This document shows positions 32,340-46,059 of a stretch of DNA of 64,000 nt, in pieces (the stretch's first letter is position 1; each line of letters opens with the position of its first letter). A model generated the notes under the pieces. That model was not told where the DNA came from and did not search any database. It worked only from the letters and a program-made list of their open reading frames with translations. Origin of the DNA: Pristiophorus japonicus (lineage: Eukaryota); the NCBI RefSeq assembly GCF_044704955.1, contig NC_091984.1, positions 146,754,001-146,818,000 of the forward strand, given 5' to 3'. Both the position numbers and the translations under genes were made by a program.

Positions 32340-32725
32340 GCAATGTTGTATCGTGGGTTCAAGCCCCACTCCAGAGAACTGAGTGCAAAATAAAGACATA
32401 CACTACTGTGCAGTCCTGAGGGAGTGCTGCACTGTCAGAGGGGCAGTACTGAGGGAGTGCCACACTGTCAGATGGGCAGGACTGATTGAGTGCAGCATTG
32501 TCAGAGGTATAGTACTGAGGGAATGCTGCACTGTCAGAGGGGCAGTACTGAGGGAGTGCTGCATTGTCGGAGGGTAGGTACTGAGGGAGTACTGAACTGT
32601 CGGAGGGGTAGTACTGAGGGAGTGCCGCACTGTCAGAGGGTCAATACTGAGGGAGTGCCGGACTGTCGGAGGGTCACTACTGAGGGAGCGCTGCGCTATC
32701 GGAGGGGCAGTACTGAGGGGGTGCT
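32340..32725 (+). repeat. SINE head followed by a 33-bp tandem array (about 9-10 copies)
   Basis: gtgggttcaagcccc B-box, then gcagtactgagggagtgctgcactgtcagaggg units from 32410. Confidence 0.88.
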
Positions 32726-33798
32726 TGTAAGTGGTTTTCTTGCGCATACCGAAAACGCACCTCCTACTACAAGTTCTGGACAATAGGGATTATATGGACA
32801 GATCAGATTCGGACACACATTTTTCAGGCTCAATCGTATTGTATTTAACAAGATTAACCACACCACTCATAAACAGTGCTAAACAGTACAACCCTGGCTT
32901 GTCCAATAAGCCCTGCCATGCTAAGTTACCACGATTTAATAAAAGGACCCTCCCGTGAAATAAACTAACACAGGACCCCCCCAGCACTAAACCCCTTGGG
33001 TTTGGTTGGGACTTACAATCACCCCCTCACACAGCTAAGTGTTCTTGTGGATGTGTAGGCGTAGGCAATATGCTCACCCTGATTGCCCGTTGTCTTGCTT
33101 GCAGCTTCTTCCTGACCGTCTCGCTCCTGGGCTTTTTCCTGGGATTTTCACTGGGCTTTTTCCGGAGCTTTCTTGCTCCTGAGCTGGAGCTTGTTGCAAA
33201 GCGGCTCCTTATATCCCCAAAACCTATCACCTTTCCTCCCGCCATTACTGACCGATGGATTGACTCCGGTGATCTGTCTGGACTCCCTCCCACCGTGGCC
33301 TGGACTGGCTCGTAGCCTTTGAAATCTTTGTGAAAAATGATGTTTTGTTTTCCCGCTCCCAGGCCTTGCATCTGGAGAGACAATGGGTGCCGATTACTGG
33401 ATGTCTGTCGTTTCCTGAGTTGATGGCCCCCATTAGCAGGTAATGGGTTTCGATCACAAACCGATCTTGCTTAACCGGCTTATCTCCTGGAAGACAATGG
33501 GCCGGCCATTTCCTGCCTTGCACCAGTTTGGGTTGGGACTGAGTGGTGACTGTGCTTTAATAATGTGAGGGCACAGTGTCTCTGAGTTACCTCTCGGGGT
33601 ATTGTTCCCAGGAATCACTTTAGATGGTGATGACATCAATGGGCCTGGGTTCCCTGCCACCCAGCCTGTCAGTGTGAAATGTCCGGTTGTATATGAATGC
33701 ACCTCAGTGCCACCCCCACAAGCTCGCCAAACAGTACAGTTCTTTCTTTAAGGATTTAAAGTATTGTTGATAGAAATGGCCAGAAAGCTGGTGCTACA
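32726..33798. mobile_element. Probable solo LTR of about 1.07 kb
   Basis: TGTA...TACA termini with abrupt junctions to two different tandem repeats; TATA-like motif on the minus strand near 33208; no TSD. Confidence 0.5.
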
Positions 33799-34346
33799 AT
33801 TCCTCACCTCGGGGACAATAATGCTATGTTCCTCACCTGTACTTTTCCTCTCCTCCACCCCCCACACCCGGGAAAAATAATGGTATGTTCCTCACCTCTC
33901 CCTCAATGGTGACAATAATTGGTATGTTCCTCACTTCTCCCACACCCAGGGACAATAATGGTAGGTTCCGCACATCTCCATCTCCTCTCCCCATTCCCCC
34001 TGGGGAAAATAATGGTTTGTTCCTCACCTCTCCTTCCTCTCCCCACCACCCCCGGGAACGATAATGTTATGTTCCTCACCGCTCCGCCTCCTTTCACCCC
34101 CTGGGGACAATAATGGTATGTTCCTCACCACTCCCTCTACCCCACCAGGGACAGTAATGGTATGATCTTCATCTCTCCCTCTCCCCGGATGGTGAAATAA
34201 TGGTGTGTTCCCCACCTCAACCTCTCCCCCCACCCCTCCCCCCCGGGGACAATAATTATGTTCCTCACCTCCGCCACACGGGGGACAATGATGGTATGTT
34301 CGTCACCTCTCCCTCTCCCCCCTTGGGACAATAATGGTATGTTCCT
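33799..34346. repeat. Variable-length minisatellite of about 50 bp (gggacaataatggtatgttcctcacct plus C-rich spacer), resuming at 44785-44985
   Basis: About 11 units left and about 4 units right of the Gypsy element that split the array. Confidence 0.92.
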
Positions 34347-36435
34347 TGTTCTGCTCATAATAAAGTGATGTAACTGAGTACTGTAGACAATGAGTAAGTG
34401 CAACCTTAGCTCCTTTATTCAAACTCCAGATTGTCGGTACAGCGTGGGAGGCCTGCTTATATACAGTGCTCCCAAGGGATCAAGGGATGCTGGTATCGCT
34501 TGGGACTCCAACCGGTAGGCCCTCTGGTGGTGGTGTGATACAGGTTGCCAAGGGTTACCTACATAACATCACTCCCTCCCAAAGTCAATTGTACACTTAT
34601 TTACAGGGTGCGACGATCTGGGGCTTTTCGCTCCCTTGTCGATCGTCTCGGTACAAATGTAGGTATGGGTGAGTTGGTTGGTTCTTCGCTGGGCTGCTCT
34701 GCAGCTGGCCTTGCCGGGTTGCTGAGGATGGTGAGTTCAGCTTCGTGGTCGACTGTGATGTCTGTTGCCACTTGTGCGTGTGTGTTGGAGGGTCGAAGTT
34801 GGTGGTGTCCTCTTCGGGTTGCTCATGGCTGTTTGTGAATCGCAGTTTGGCTTGGTCCAAATGCTTTCTGCAAGTTAGTCCATTAGCCAGTTTGACCTGA
34901 AACACCCTACTCCCTTCTTTGGCGATGATGGTGCCAGCAAGCCATTTGGGACCAAGTCCATAGTTGAGTACAAATACATGGTCATTAACCTCAATATCAC
35001 GTGACAAGTTTACGCGATCATGGTACATGCTTTGTTGATGTCGACAGCTCTCGATGTGATCATGGAGATCAGGGTGGACAAGAGTGAGCCTTGTTTTGAG
35101 CGCCCTTTTCATGAGCAGCTCAGCTGGGGGAACCCCAGTGAGCGAGTGGAATGTGGTGTGGTAGCTGAGCAGGACTCGGGACAGGTGGGTTTGCAGGGAG
35201 CCTTCCAACACACGTTTCAAGTTTTGCTTGATGGTCTGAACTGCCCGTTCTGCCTGGCCATTGGATGCGGGCTTGAACGGGGCAGATGTGACGTGCTTGA
35301 TTCCATTGCAGGTCATGAATTCCTTGAATTCAGCACTGGTGAAGCATGGCCCATTGTCACTGACAAGGACATCAGGCAGACCATGCATGGTGAACATGGC
35401 TCATAGGCTTTCGATGGTGGCAGTGGACATGCTTACAGACATTATTACACACTCAATCCATTTTGAATAAGCATTCACAGCAACCAAAACTTTTTGCCGA
35501 GAAATGGGCCCGCAAAGTCAACGTAGATCCGAGACCACGGTTTGGAGAGCCATGACCACAAACTTAGCGGTGACTCTCTAGGTGCATTGCTCAGTTGAGA
35601 GCAAGTGTTGCATTGGCGCACACATGACTCCAAATCAGAGTCGATGCCGGGCCACCACAGATGGGATCTGGCTATAGCTTTCATCATTACTATTCCTGGA
35701 TGGGTAATATGTAGGTCGCCTAAGAATGTTTCTCTGCCTTTCTTAGGCAAAACCATGTGATTGCCCCACAAAAGACAGTCCACCTGTATGGACATTTCAT
35801 CTTTGCGCCACTGGAACAGCTTGATCTCTTCATGCATCTCCACTGGGACGCTGGACCAGCTCCCATGGAGCACACAGTTTTTTACAAGGGACAGTAAAGG
35901 ATCCTGGCTGGTCCAGGTCCTGATCTGGCGGGCCGTAACGGGTGACATTTCGCTTTCAAATGCATCTTTCACCAAGAGCAAGTCTGCAGGCTGTGCCATT
36001 TCCACCCCGGTGGTGGGCAATGGTAGCTGACTGAGAGCATCAGCGCAGTTCTCTGTGCCTGGTCTGTGGCAGATTACATAGTTATATGCAGACAGCGTGA
36101 GCGCCCATCTTTGATTGCGGGCAGAGACATTGGTATTAATCCCTTTGCTCTCTTAGAATAGCGAAATGAGTGGCTTATGGTCAGTTTTTAACTCAAACTT
36201 GAGACCAAACAGATACTGGTGCATTTTTTCCACCCGGTAATCGCATGCCAGAGTTTCTTTTTCAATCATGCTTTCGGCCTTGGACAAACTCCTGGACGCA
36301 TAGGGGACCGGTTGCATTTTACCCGATTCGTTTACTTGTTGTAACACACACCCGACCCCGTACGAAGATGAATCGCAAGCTAGCACTAAACGTTTACAGA
36401 GGTAATAGAGAACAAGCAATTTGTTGGAACATAAC

Positions 36436-39397
36436 CGAGTAAACAAAGGCAAGAAACAAAAAGGGCCACACTACATCATAATTCTAAAAGGACAAAGGGT
36501 GTTAAAAAAACAAACCTGAAGGCTTTGTGTCTTAATGCAAAGAATATCCGTAATAAGGTGGATGAATTAACTGTGCAAATAGATGTTAATAGATATGATG
36601 TGATTGGGATTACAGAGACGTGGCTCCAGGATGATCAGGGCTGGGAACTCAACATCCAAGGGTTCAACATTCAGGAAATATAGAATAAAAGGAAAAGGAG
36701 GTGGAGTAGCATTGCTGGCTAAAGAGGAGATTAATGCAATAGTTAGGAAGGACATTAGCATGGATGATGTGGAATCTATATGGGTAGAGCTGCAGAACAC
36801 CAAGGGCAAAAAACGTTAGGGGGAGTTGTGTACAGACCTCCAAACAGTAGTAGTGATGTTGGGGAGGGCATCAAACAGGAAATTAGGGGTGCATGCAATA
36901 AAGGTGCAGCAGTTATCATGGGTGACTTTAATATGCACATAGATTGGGCTAACCAAACTGGAAGCAATACGGTGGAGGAGGATTTCCTGGAGTGCATAAA
37001 GGATGGATTTCTAGATCAATATGTCGAGGAACCAACGAGGGGGGAGGCCATCTTAGACTGGGTGTTGTGTAATGAGAGAGAATTAATTAGCAATCTCATT
37101 GTGTGAGGTCCCTTGGGGAAGAGTGACCATAATATGGTGGAATTCTACATTAGGATGGAGAATGAAACAGTTAATTCAGAGACCATGGTCCAGAACTTAA
37201 AGAAGGGTAACTTTGAAGGCATGAGGCGTGAATTGGCTAGGATAGATTGGCGAATGATACTTAAGGGGTTGACAGTGGATGGGCAATGGCAGACATTTAG
37301 AGACCGCATGGATGAACAACAACAATTGTCTGGCGTAAAAATAAAAAAGGGAAGGTGGCTCAACCGTGGCTATCAAGGGAAATCAGGGATAGTATTAAAG
37401 CCAAGGAAGTGGCATACAAATTGGCCAGAAATAGCAGCGAACCCAGGGACTGAGAGAAATTTAGAACTCAGCAGAGGAGGACAAAGGATTTGATAAGGGC
37501 AGGGAAAATAGAGTACGAGAGGAAGCTTGCAGGGAACATTAAGGCGGACTGCAAAAGCTTCTATAGATATGTAAAGAGAAAAAGGTTAGTAAAGACAAAT
37601 GTAGGTCCCCTGCAGTCAGAATCAGGGGAAGTCATAACTGGGAACAAAGAAATGACAGACCAATTGAACAAGTATTTTGGTTCAGTATTCACTAAGGAGG
37701 ACACAAACAACCTTCCGGATATAAAAGGGGTCAGAGGGTCTAGTAAGAAGGAGGAACTAAGGTAAATCCTTATTAGTCGGGAAATTGTGTTGGGGAAATT
37801 GATGGGATTGAAGGCCGATAAATCCCCAGGACCTGACGGATTGCATCCCAGAGTACTTAAGGAGGTGACCTTGTAAATAGCGGATGCATTGACAGTCATT
37901 TTCCAACATTCTATAGACTCTGGATCAGTTCCTATGAAGTGGAGGATAGCCAATGTAACCCCACTTTTTAAAAAAGGAGGGAGAGAGAAAACAGGGAATT
38001 ATAGACCGGTCAGCCTGACATGGGTAGTGGGTAAAATGATGGAATCAATTATTAAGGATGTCATAGCAGCGCATTTGGAAAGAGGTGACATGATAGGTCC
38101 AAGTCAGCATGGATTTTTGAATAGGAAGTCATGCTTGACAAATCTTCTGGAATTTTTTGAGGATGTTTCCAGTAGAGTGGACAAGGGAGAACCAGTTGAT
38201 GTGGTGTATTTGGACTTTCAGCAGCTTTCGACAAGGTCCTACACAAGAGATTAATGTGCAAAGTTAAAGCAAATGGTATTGGGGGTAGTGTGCTGACATG
38301 GATTGAGAACTGGTTGTGAGACAGGAAGCAAAGAGTAGGAGTAAATGGGTACTTTTCAGAATGGCAGACACTGACTAGTGGGGTACCGCAAGGTTCTGTG
38401 CTGGTGCCCCAGCTGTTTACATTGTACATTAATGATTTAGACGAGGGGATTAAATGTAGTATCTCCAAATTTGCGGATGACACTAAGTTGGGTGGCAGTG
38501 TGAGCTGCGAGGAGGATGCTATGAGGCTGCAGAGTGAGTTGGATAGGTTAGGTGAGTGGGCAAATGCATGTCGGATGAAAATAGTGTGGATAAATGTGAG
38601 GTTATCCACTTTGGTGGGAAAAACAGAGAGACAGACTATTATCTGTATGGTGACAGATTAGGAAAAGGGGAGGTGCAACGAGACCTGGGTGTCATGGTAC
38701 ATCAGTCATTGAAGGTTGGCATGCAGGTACAGCAGGCGGTTAAGAAAGCAAATGGCATGTTGGCCTTCATAGCGAGGGGATTTGAGTACAGGGGCAGGGA
38801 GGTGTTACTACAATTGTACAGGGCCTTGGTGAGGCCACACCTGGAGTATTGTGTACAATTTTGGTCTCCTAACTTGAGGAAGGACATTCTTGCTATTGAG
38901 GGAGTGCAGCGAAGGTTCACCAGACTGATTCCCAGGATGGTGGGACTGATATAACAAGAAAGACTGGATCAACTGGGCTTGTATTCACTGGAGTTCAGAA
39001 GAATGAGCGGGGATCTCATAGAAACGTTTCAAGTTCTGACGGGTTTAGACAGGTTAGATGCAGGAAGAATGTTCCCAATGTTGGGGAAGTCCAGAACCAG
39101 GGGTCACAGTCTAAGGATAAGGGATAAGCCATTTGGAACCGAGATGAGGAGAAACTTCTTCACCCAGAGAGTGGTGAACCTGTGGAATTCTCTACCACAG
39201 AAAGTTGTTGAGGCCAATTCACTAAATATATTCAAAAAGGAGTTAGATGTAGTCCTTACTATTCGGGGGATCAAGGGGTATGGCGAAAAAGCAGGAATGG
39301 GGTATTGAAGTTGCATGTTCAGCCATGAACTCATTGAATGGTAGTGCAGGCTTGAAGGGCCGAATGGCCAACTCCTGCACCTATTTTCTATGTTTCT
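36436..39397 (+). mobile_element. CR1 LINE (ORF2 only, many lesions) nested in Gypsy
   Basis: ORF pieces 36604-39308; tail tttctatg; ATAAC duplicated at 36431-36435 and 39398-39402. Confidence 0.93.
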
Positions 39398-39617
39398 ATA
39401 ACAGATTTCTGGCTTTCTCAAACGCAGCCTCTTGTGATTTCCCCCATACTCAGTCATCTCCCTTGCGTAGCAGCACATATAGCAAGGTGCTTAACCTGGG
39501 TAGGAGGAAATTACCCAAATAGTTGAGGAGTCCCAGGAACGTCCGCTGCTCCGTCACGTTCTGTGGTCTCGGCGCATTCTTGATGCCCTCCGTCTGATGC
39601 CGTCTGCCGCGATTCTT

Positions 39618-39786
39618 AGATGTAGTCCTTACTACTAGAGGGATCAAGGGGTATGGCGAGAACGCAGGAATGGGGTACTGAAGTTGCATGTTCAGCCATG
39701 AATTCATTGAATGGTGGTGCGGGCTCGAGGGGCCGAATGGCCTACTCCTGCACCTATTTTCTATGTTTCTATGTTTCTATGTTTCT
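39618..39786 (+). mobile_element. Severely 5'-truncated CR1 3' end nested in Gypsy RT
   Basis: Last ORF2 codons, 3' UTR and (tttctatg)3 tail. Confidence 0.88.
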
Positions 39787-41130
39787 CCCCAATAACTTGA
39801 CCACTGGCACCAGGAAAACACACTTCAAGCATTTCAACCTGAGTCCCGCGCAATCTAGCCGACTTAGAAACTCTTCCAGGTTCTTCAAGAGTTCAATGGT
39901 ATTCCGACCTGTGACCAGTATGTCGTCCTGGAAAACCATGGTGCGCGGAACTGACTTTAGCAGGCTCTCCGTGTTCCTTTGAAAAATTGCCGCAGATGAT
40001 CGATTCCCAAACGGGCATCTATTGTAGATGAATAGACCTTTGTGCAGGTGAGGCCTTTCAAAGATTCCGCCAGCTCCTGTAGGCCAAGTTCAGGTCCAAC
40101 TTTGTGAACGTCTTTCCTCCAGCCAGGGTCGCAAATAGGTCGTCTGCCTTGGGTAGCGGGTACTGGTCCTGCAGCAAAAAATGGTTAATTGTTACTTTAT
40201 AGTCCCCACAAATTCTGACCGTGCCATCGCCTTTGAGAACCGGAACAATCGGACTGGCCCACTCGTTGAACTCCACCGGCGCGATGATGCCTTCTCACTG
40301 CAGCCTGTCCAGCTCAATTTCCACTTTCTCTCGCATCATGTATGGCACCGCACGTGCCTTGTGGTGGATGGGTCGTGTACCAGGAACCAAGTGGATCTGC
40401 ACCTTCGCCCCCAAGAAACTTCCAATGCCTCGCTCAAACAACAACGGGAACTTGCTCAGAACCTGGGCACATGAAGCGTCGGTGACGGACGAAAGCACTC
40501 GGATGTCGTCCCAGTTCCAAAGGATTTTTCCCAGCCAGCTTCTGCCAAACAGTGTGGGGCCATCTCCTGGTACAATCCACAGTGGAAGTTCGTGCACTGC
40601 TCCATCATCGAAGACTTTTACTGCTGCGCTGCCAATAACAGGGATCAGCTCTTTAGTGTAAATTCTTATCTTGGTATGAATGGGGCTAAGCTTGGACCTG
40701 TGTGCCTTGTTGCACCACAGCCTGTCGAAGGCCTTTTTGCTCATGATGGACTGACTCACACCCATGTCCAGTTCCATGGATACTGGAATTCCATCCGGTT
40801 CAACTTTTCGCATGTTCGATGGACATTTCGTGGTGAAGGTGTGTACCCCATACACTTCTGCCTCCTCGGTTCGAGTCTCTAGTTCAGCCTGATCTGCCAT
40901 GGATCGATCCTCCCAAGCAACGTGGTGGTTTGCAGGGTTTGCAGCTCATCTGCACATTCGCTGGAGGTGTCCCATTGTTCTATAGACTTTGCACACAGTG
41001 TTTGAAGCGGCATTGATGGACTCGATCACCTCCGCAGCGCCAACAAGGTGTTAACTGCCTCACATTAACATTTGATGGCAGACTCTGGGTCATCTGAGGT
41101 CATGCAGCTGCAGGCGTGTACGTTCTGCCA

Positions 41131-43946
41131 TATAGAAACATAGAAACATAGAAAATAGGTGCAGGAGTAGGCCATTCGGCCCTTCTAGCCTGCACCGCCA
41201 TTCAATGAGTTCATGGCTGAACATTCAACTTCAGTACCCCATTCCTGCTTTCTCGCCATACCCCTTGATCCCCCTAGCAGTAAGGACCTCATCTAACTCC
41301 TTTTTGAATATATTTAGTGAATTGGCCTCAACAACTTTCTGTGGTAGAGAATTCCACAGGTTCTCCACTCTCTGGGTGAAGAAGTTCCTCCGCATCTCGG
41401 TCCTAAATGGCTTACCCCTTATCCTTAGACTGTGACCCCTGGTTCTGGACTTCCCCAACATTGGGAACATTCTTCCTGCATCTAACCTGTCTAACCCCGT
41501 CAGAATTTTATATGTTTCTATGAGGTCCCCTCTCATTCTTCTGAACTCCAGTGAATACAAGCCCAGTTGATCCAGTCTTTCTTGATAGGTCAGTCCCGCC
41601 ATCCCGGGAATCAGTCTGGTGAACCTTCGCTGCACTCCCTCAATAGCAAGAATGTCCTTCCTCAGGTTAGGAGACCAAAACTGTACACAATACTCCAGGT
41701 GTGGCCTCACCAATGCCCTGTACAACTGTAGCAACACCTCCCTGCCCCTGTACTCAAATCCCCTTGCTATGAAGGCCAACATGCCATTTGCTTTCTTAAC
41801 CGCCTGCTGCACCTGCATGCCAACCTTCAATGACTGATGTACCATGACACCCAGGTCTCTTTGCACCTCCCCTTTTCCTAATCTGTCACCATTCAGATAA
41901 TAGTCTGTCTCTCTGTTTTTACCACCAAAGTGGATAACCTCACATTTATCCACATTATACTTCATCTGCCATGCATTTGCCCACTCACCTAACCTATCCA
42001 AGTCGCTCTGCAGCCTCACAGCATCCTCCTCGCAGCTCACACTGCCACCCAACTTAGTGTCATCCGCAAATTTGGAGATACTACATTTAATCCCCTCATC
42101 TAAATCATTAATGTACAGTGTAAACAGCTGGGGCCCCAGCACAGAACCACTAGTCACTGCCTGCCATTCTGAAAAGTACCCATTTACTCCTACTCTTTGC
42201 TTCCTGTCTGACAACCAGTTCTCAATCCATGTCAGTACACTACCCCCAATCCCATGTGCTCTAACTTTGCACATCAATCTCTTGTGTGGGACCTTGTCGA
42301 ACGCCTTCTGAAAGTCCAAATATACCACATCAACTGGTTCTCCCTTATCCACTTTACTGGAAACATCCTCAAAAAATTCCAGAAGATTTGTCAAGCATGA
42401 TTTCCCTTTCACAAATCCATGCTGACTTGGACCTATCATGTCACCTCTTTCCAAATGCACTGCTATGACATCCTTAATAATTGATTCCATCATTTTACCC
42501 ACTACCGATGTCAGGCTGACCGGTCTATAATTCCCTGTTTTCTCTCTCCCTCCTTTTTTAAAAAGTGGGGTTACATTGGCTACCCTCCACTCCATAGGAA
42601 CTGATCCAGAGTCAATGGAATGTTGGAAAATGACTGTCAACGCATCCACTATTTCCAAGGCCACCTCCTTAAGTACTCTGGGATGCAGTCCATCAGGCCC
42701 TGGGGATTTATCGGCCTTCAATCCCATCAATTTCCCCAACACAATTTCCCGACTAATAAGGATTTCCCTCAGTTCCTCCTCCTTACTAGACCCCCCGACC
42801 CCTTTTATAACCGGAAGGTTGTTCGTGTCCTCCTTCGTGAATACCGAACCAAAGTACTTGTTCAATTGGTCCGCCATTTCTTTGTTCCCCGTTATGACTT
42901 CCCCTGATTCTGACTGCAGGGGACCTACATTTGTCTTTACTAACCTTTTTCTCTTTACAAATCTATAGAAACTTTTGCAATCCGTCTTAATGTTCCCTGC
43001 AAGCTTCTTCTCATACTCCATTTTCCCTGCCCTCATCAAACCCTTTGTCCTCCTCTGCTGAGTTCTAAATTTCTCCCAGTCCCCAGGTTCGCTGCTATTT
43101 CTGGCCAATTTGTATGCCACTTCCTTGGCTTTAATACTATCCCTGATTTCCCTTGATAGCCACGGTTGAGCCACCTTCCCTTTTTTATTTCTATGCCAGA
43201 CAGGAATGTACAATTGTTGTAGTTCATCCATGCGGTCTCTAAATGTCTGCCATTGCCCATCCACAGTCAACCCCTTAAGTATCATTCGCCAATCCATCTC
43301 AGCCAATTCACGCCTCATACCTTCAAAGTTAGCCTTCTTTAAGTTCTGGACCATGGTCTCTGAATTAACTGTTTCATTCTCCATCCTAATGCAGAATTCC
43401 ACCATATTATGGTCACTCTTCCCCAAGGGGCCTCGCACAACGAGATTGCTAATTAATCCTTTCTCATTACATAACACCCAGTCTAAGATGGCCTCCCCCC
43501 TAGTTGGTTCCTCGACATATTGGTCTAAAAAACCATCCCTTATGCACTCCAGAAAATCCTCCTCCACCGTATTGCTTCCAGTTTGGTTAGCCCAATCTAT
43601 GTGCATATTAAAGTCACCCATTATAACTGCTGCACCTTTATTGCACGCACCCCTAATTTCCTGTTTGATGCCCTCCCCAACATCACTACTACTGTTTGGA
43701 GGTCTGTACACAACTCCCACTAACGTTTTTTGCCCTTTGGTGTTCTGCAGCTCTACCCATATACATTCCACATCATCCAAGCTAATGTCCTTCCTAACTA
43801 TTGCCTTAATCTCCTCCTTAACCAGCAATGCTACCCCACCTCCTTTTCCTTTTATTCTATCCTTCCTGAATGTTGAATACCCCTGGATGTTGAGTTCCCA
43901 GCCCTGCTCATCCTGGAGCCACGTCTCCGTAATCCCAATCACATCA
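41131..43946 (-). mobile_element. Young 5'-truncated CR1 with a 903-aa open ORF2 (41231-43942) lacking the VPQG motif
   Basis: Open from IGITETW to MGY*. AVTSGSVLGP versus AVTSGVPQGSVLGP in the 374-4864 copy. Confidence 0.95.
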
Positions 43947-44989
43947 CATTCCTACCTGAAAATGACATAAATTTGTGTACAGTACTTGCCGAAACCTCTT
44001 TGTGCCATGAAATTTGTTTTGGTGTTATCGCGGGTGGTCATAAATGCCTGGGCTATCGTTATGGCTTTGCTCAGGTTCATTGATTTAACAGTCAATAGTT
44101 TGCGAAGGATAACATCATGGCCAATGCTAAGCACAAAGAAGTCTCTTAGCATTTGCTCAAGGAATCCATCGCATTTGCAATGTCCTGCAAGGCGCCTTAG
44201 TTCGGCGACATAGCTCGCCACTTCCTGGCCTTCAAACCGTTGACACGAGTAAAATCAATACCTTGCCATCAGAACACTTTCCTTTGGATTTAGGTGCTCC
44301 CGGACCAGCGTACACAGTTCTTCGTTTGATTTGGTTGTTGCTTTCACCGGAGCTAAAAGATTCTTCATGAGGCCATAGGCTGTTGCCCCACAGACGGTGA
44401 GGAGGATCGCCCTTCGTTTGGCCGCGTTCTCGTCCCCTTCCAGCTTGTTGGCCATGAAGTATTGGTCGATTCACTCCACGAAGATCTCCCAATCGTCCCC
44501 TTCTGAGAATTTCTCCAGGATACCAACAATTCTCTGCATTTTCATGTGATTGTTCATTATCTCGTCACCAGGTGTTAAGCTCATGATAAAGTAATGTAAC
44601 TGAGTATTGTAGACGTGAGTAAGTGTGACCTTAGCTCCTTTATTCAAACTCCAAGTGCTGGTACAGCATGGGAGGCCTGCTTATATACAGTGCTCCCAAG
44701 GGATGCTGGGAGCCCTTGGGACTCCAACAGGTACGCCCTCTGGTGCCGGTGTGATACAGGTTACCTCGGGTTACATACATAACATCCCTCACCTCTCCCT
44801 CTCCACCCCCAGGGACAATAAAGGTATGTTCCCACCACCCTCGCCAGGAACAATAATGTTTATGTTCCCAGTTCCGCCCCCGCCACCTGGGGACAATAAT
44901 GGTATGTCCCCTCCCGGGGACAATAATGGTATGTCTTCCCCCCCCACCCCCCGGGGACAATAATTGTATGTCCCCCACCTGCTGCTCAG

Positions 44990-45860
44990 TCTGCCATACA
45001 GAGACTGTACATGGCCTAGCAGCACGCCCTGGACCAGTTCTGGGCCTGGAAGGCCCGGCTGCAGACTGCACCACCTCAGCCTGGGCAGCAGCAGTCTCGG
45101 ACGGCTGGGGTGCAGACAGCGCCAACTGCAATGGTGAAGTGGCAGTGGTGGGAGACGGAATGCTGATATCCTGAGAGAGGGCAACACCTTCCATTTCTAC
45201 CGACCCACTGCCACTCCCCCGGGGCAGTGCCTCAGCATCTGGACCAATCTCATCGAGCACAAATTGCTGGCCTGCTTCGGCACCGTGACCTCTCTGTTGA
45301 ACTGCGGGGAACCCAGAAACGATGGCAGCAGTCAGCGCTTGCATGGCATCGATCTGAGCGTGCACGGGAACAGACCGAGCGTGCACAGGAGCAGACCGAG
45401 CATGCACGAGGGCAGACCGAGCGTGCACGAGATCGGACCGAGCGTGCACGAGATCGGACTGAGCGTGCACGAGAGCAGACCCAGTCTGTATGCCACCAAG
45501 CACTGAGCCCATTACAGTCGTAAGCCATTGCGTTGCTCCGGCCTGTGCTGCAATAGCTGCTGCTCCCTCCCCCGTGACACGTGGCATGAGCTCTGGGTCC
45601 CCACCCTCTCTCTGCAAGCCCACCATGCTTTGCAAGCTGCCAAGGATGGGCTGCAAGGTGTGCTGGGAGACATGCGCCGTGCTGGAGGCCGACTCCTCCA
45701 AACCCCCAGCAAGGGCACCCTGACTGTGAGGCACCCTGGCTCTGCGGCACCCTGGCTCTGGGGCACCCTGGCTCTGGGGCATCCTGGCTCTGGGGCACCC
45801 TGGCTCTGAGGCACCATTGCTATTGGACCCAGAAGCTCGCTGTGCAGGAGCTGCAACAAT
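44990..45860 (-). other. GC-rich repeat-derived segment with 21-bp (about 45355-45480) and 18-bp (about 45712-45815) tandem units; possibly transposon accessory-protein remnant
   Basis: gagcgtgcacgagatcggacc and ggcaccctggctctgg units; no recognisable domain. Confidence 0.45.
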
Positions 45861-46059
45861 GGTTCATAAGAACATAAGAACAAATGAATTGGAGCAGGAG
45901 TAGGCCATTCGGCCCCTTGAGCCTGCTCCACCATTCAATGAGATCATGGCACATCTTCTACATCAACTCCACTTTCCTGCATTGTCCCCGTATCCCTTGA
46001 TTCCCTTAATATCCAAAAATCTTTCGATCTCCGTCTTGAATATCCTTCTTCCTAGGCAG

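Larger units (their letters stand above)
34347..44784 (-). mobile_element. Ty3/Gypsy element, degenerate, with three nested CR1 insertions
   Basis: LTRs 34347-34568 and 44573-44784; PBS TGGTGACGAG; gag 43947-44540; protease/RT 39400-41130; RNase H/integrase 34600-36435; near-TSD ttcct/tccct. Confidence 0.93.

Noticed and set aside
33799-34346. CRISPR-like repeat-spacer appearance
   Set aside because: Spacers are mutually similar C-rich low-complexity sequence, the context is vertebrate, and there are no cas genes; it is a minisatellite.
44640-45782. 380-aa ORF as a host gene
   Set aside because: It crosses tandem repeats, a minisatellite and an LTR, and shows no domain; openness is explained by GC-rich repeats.
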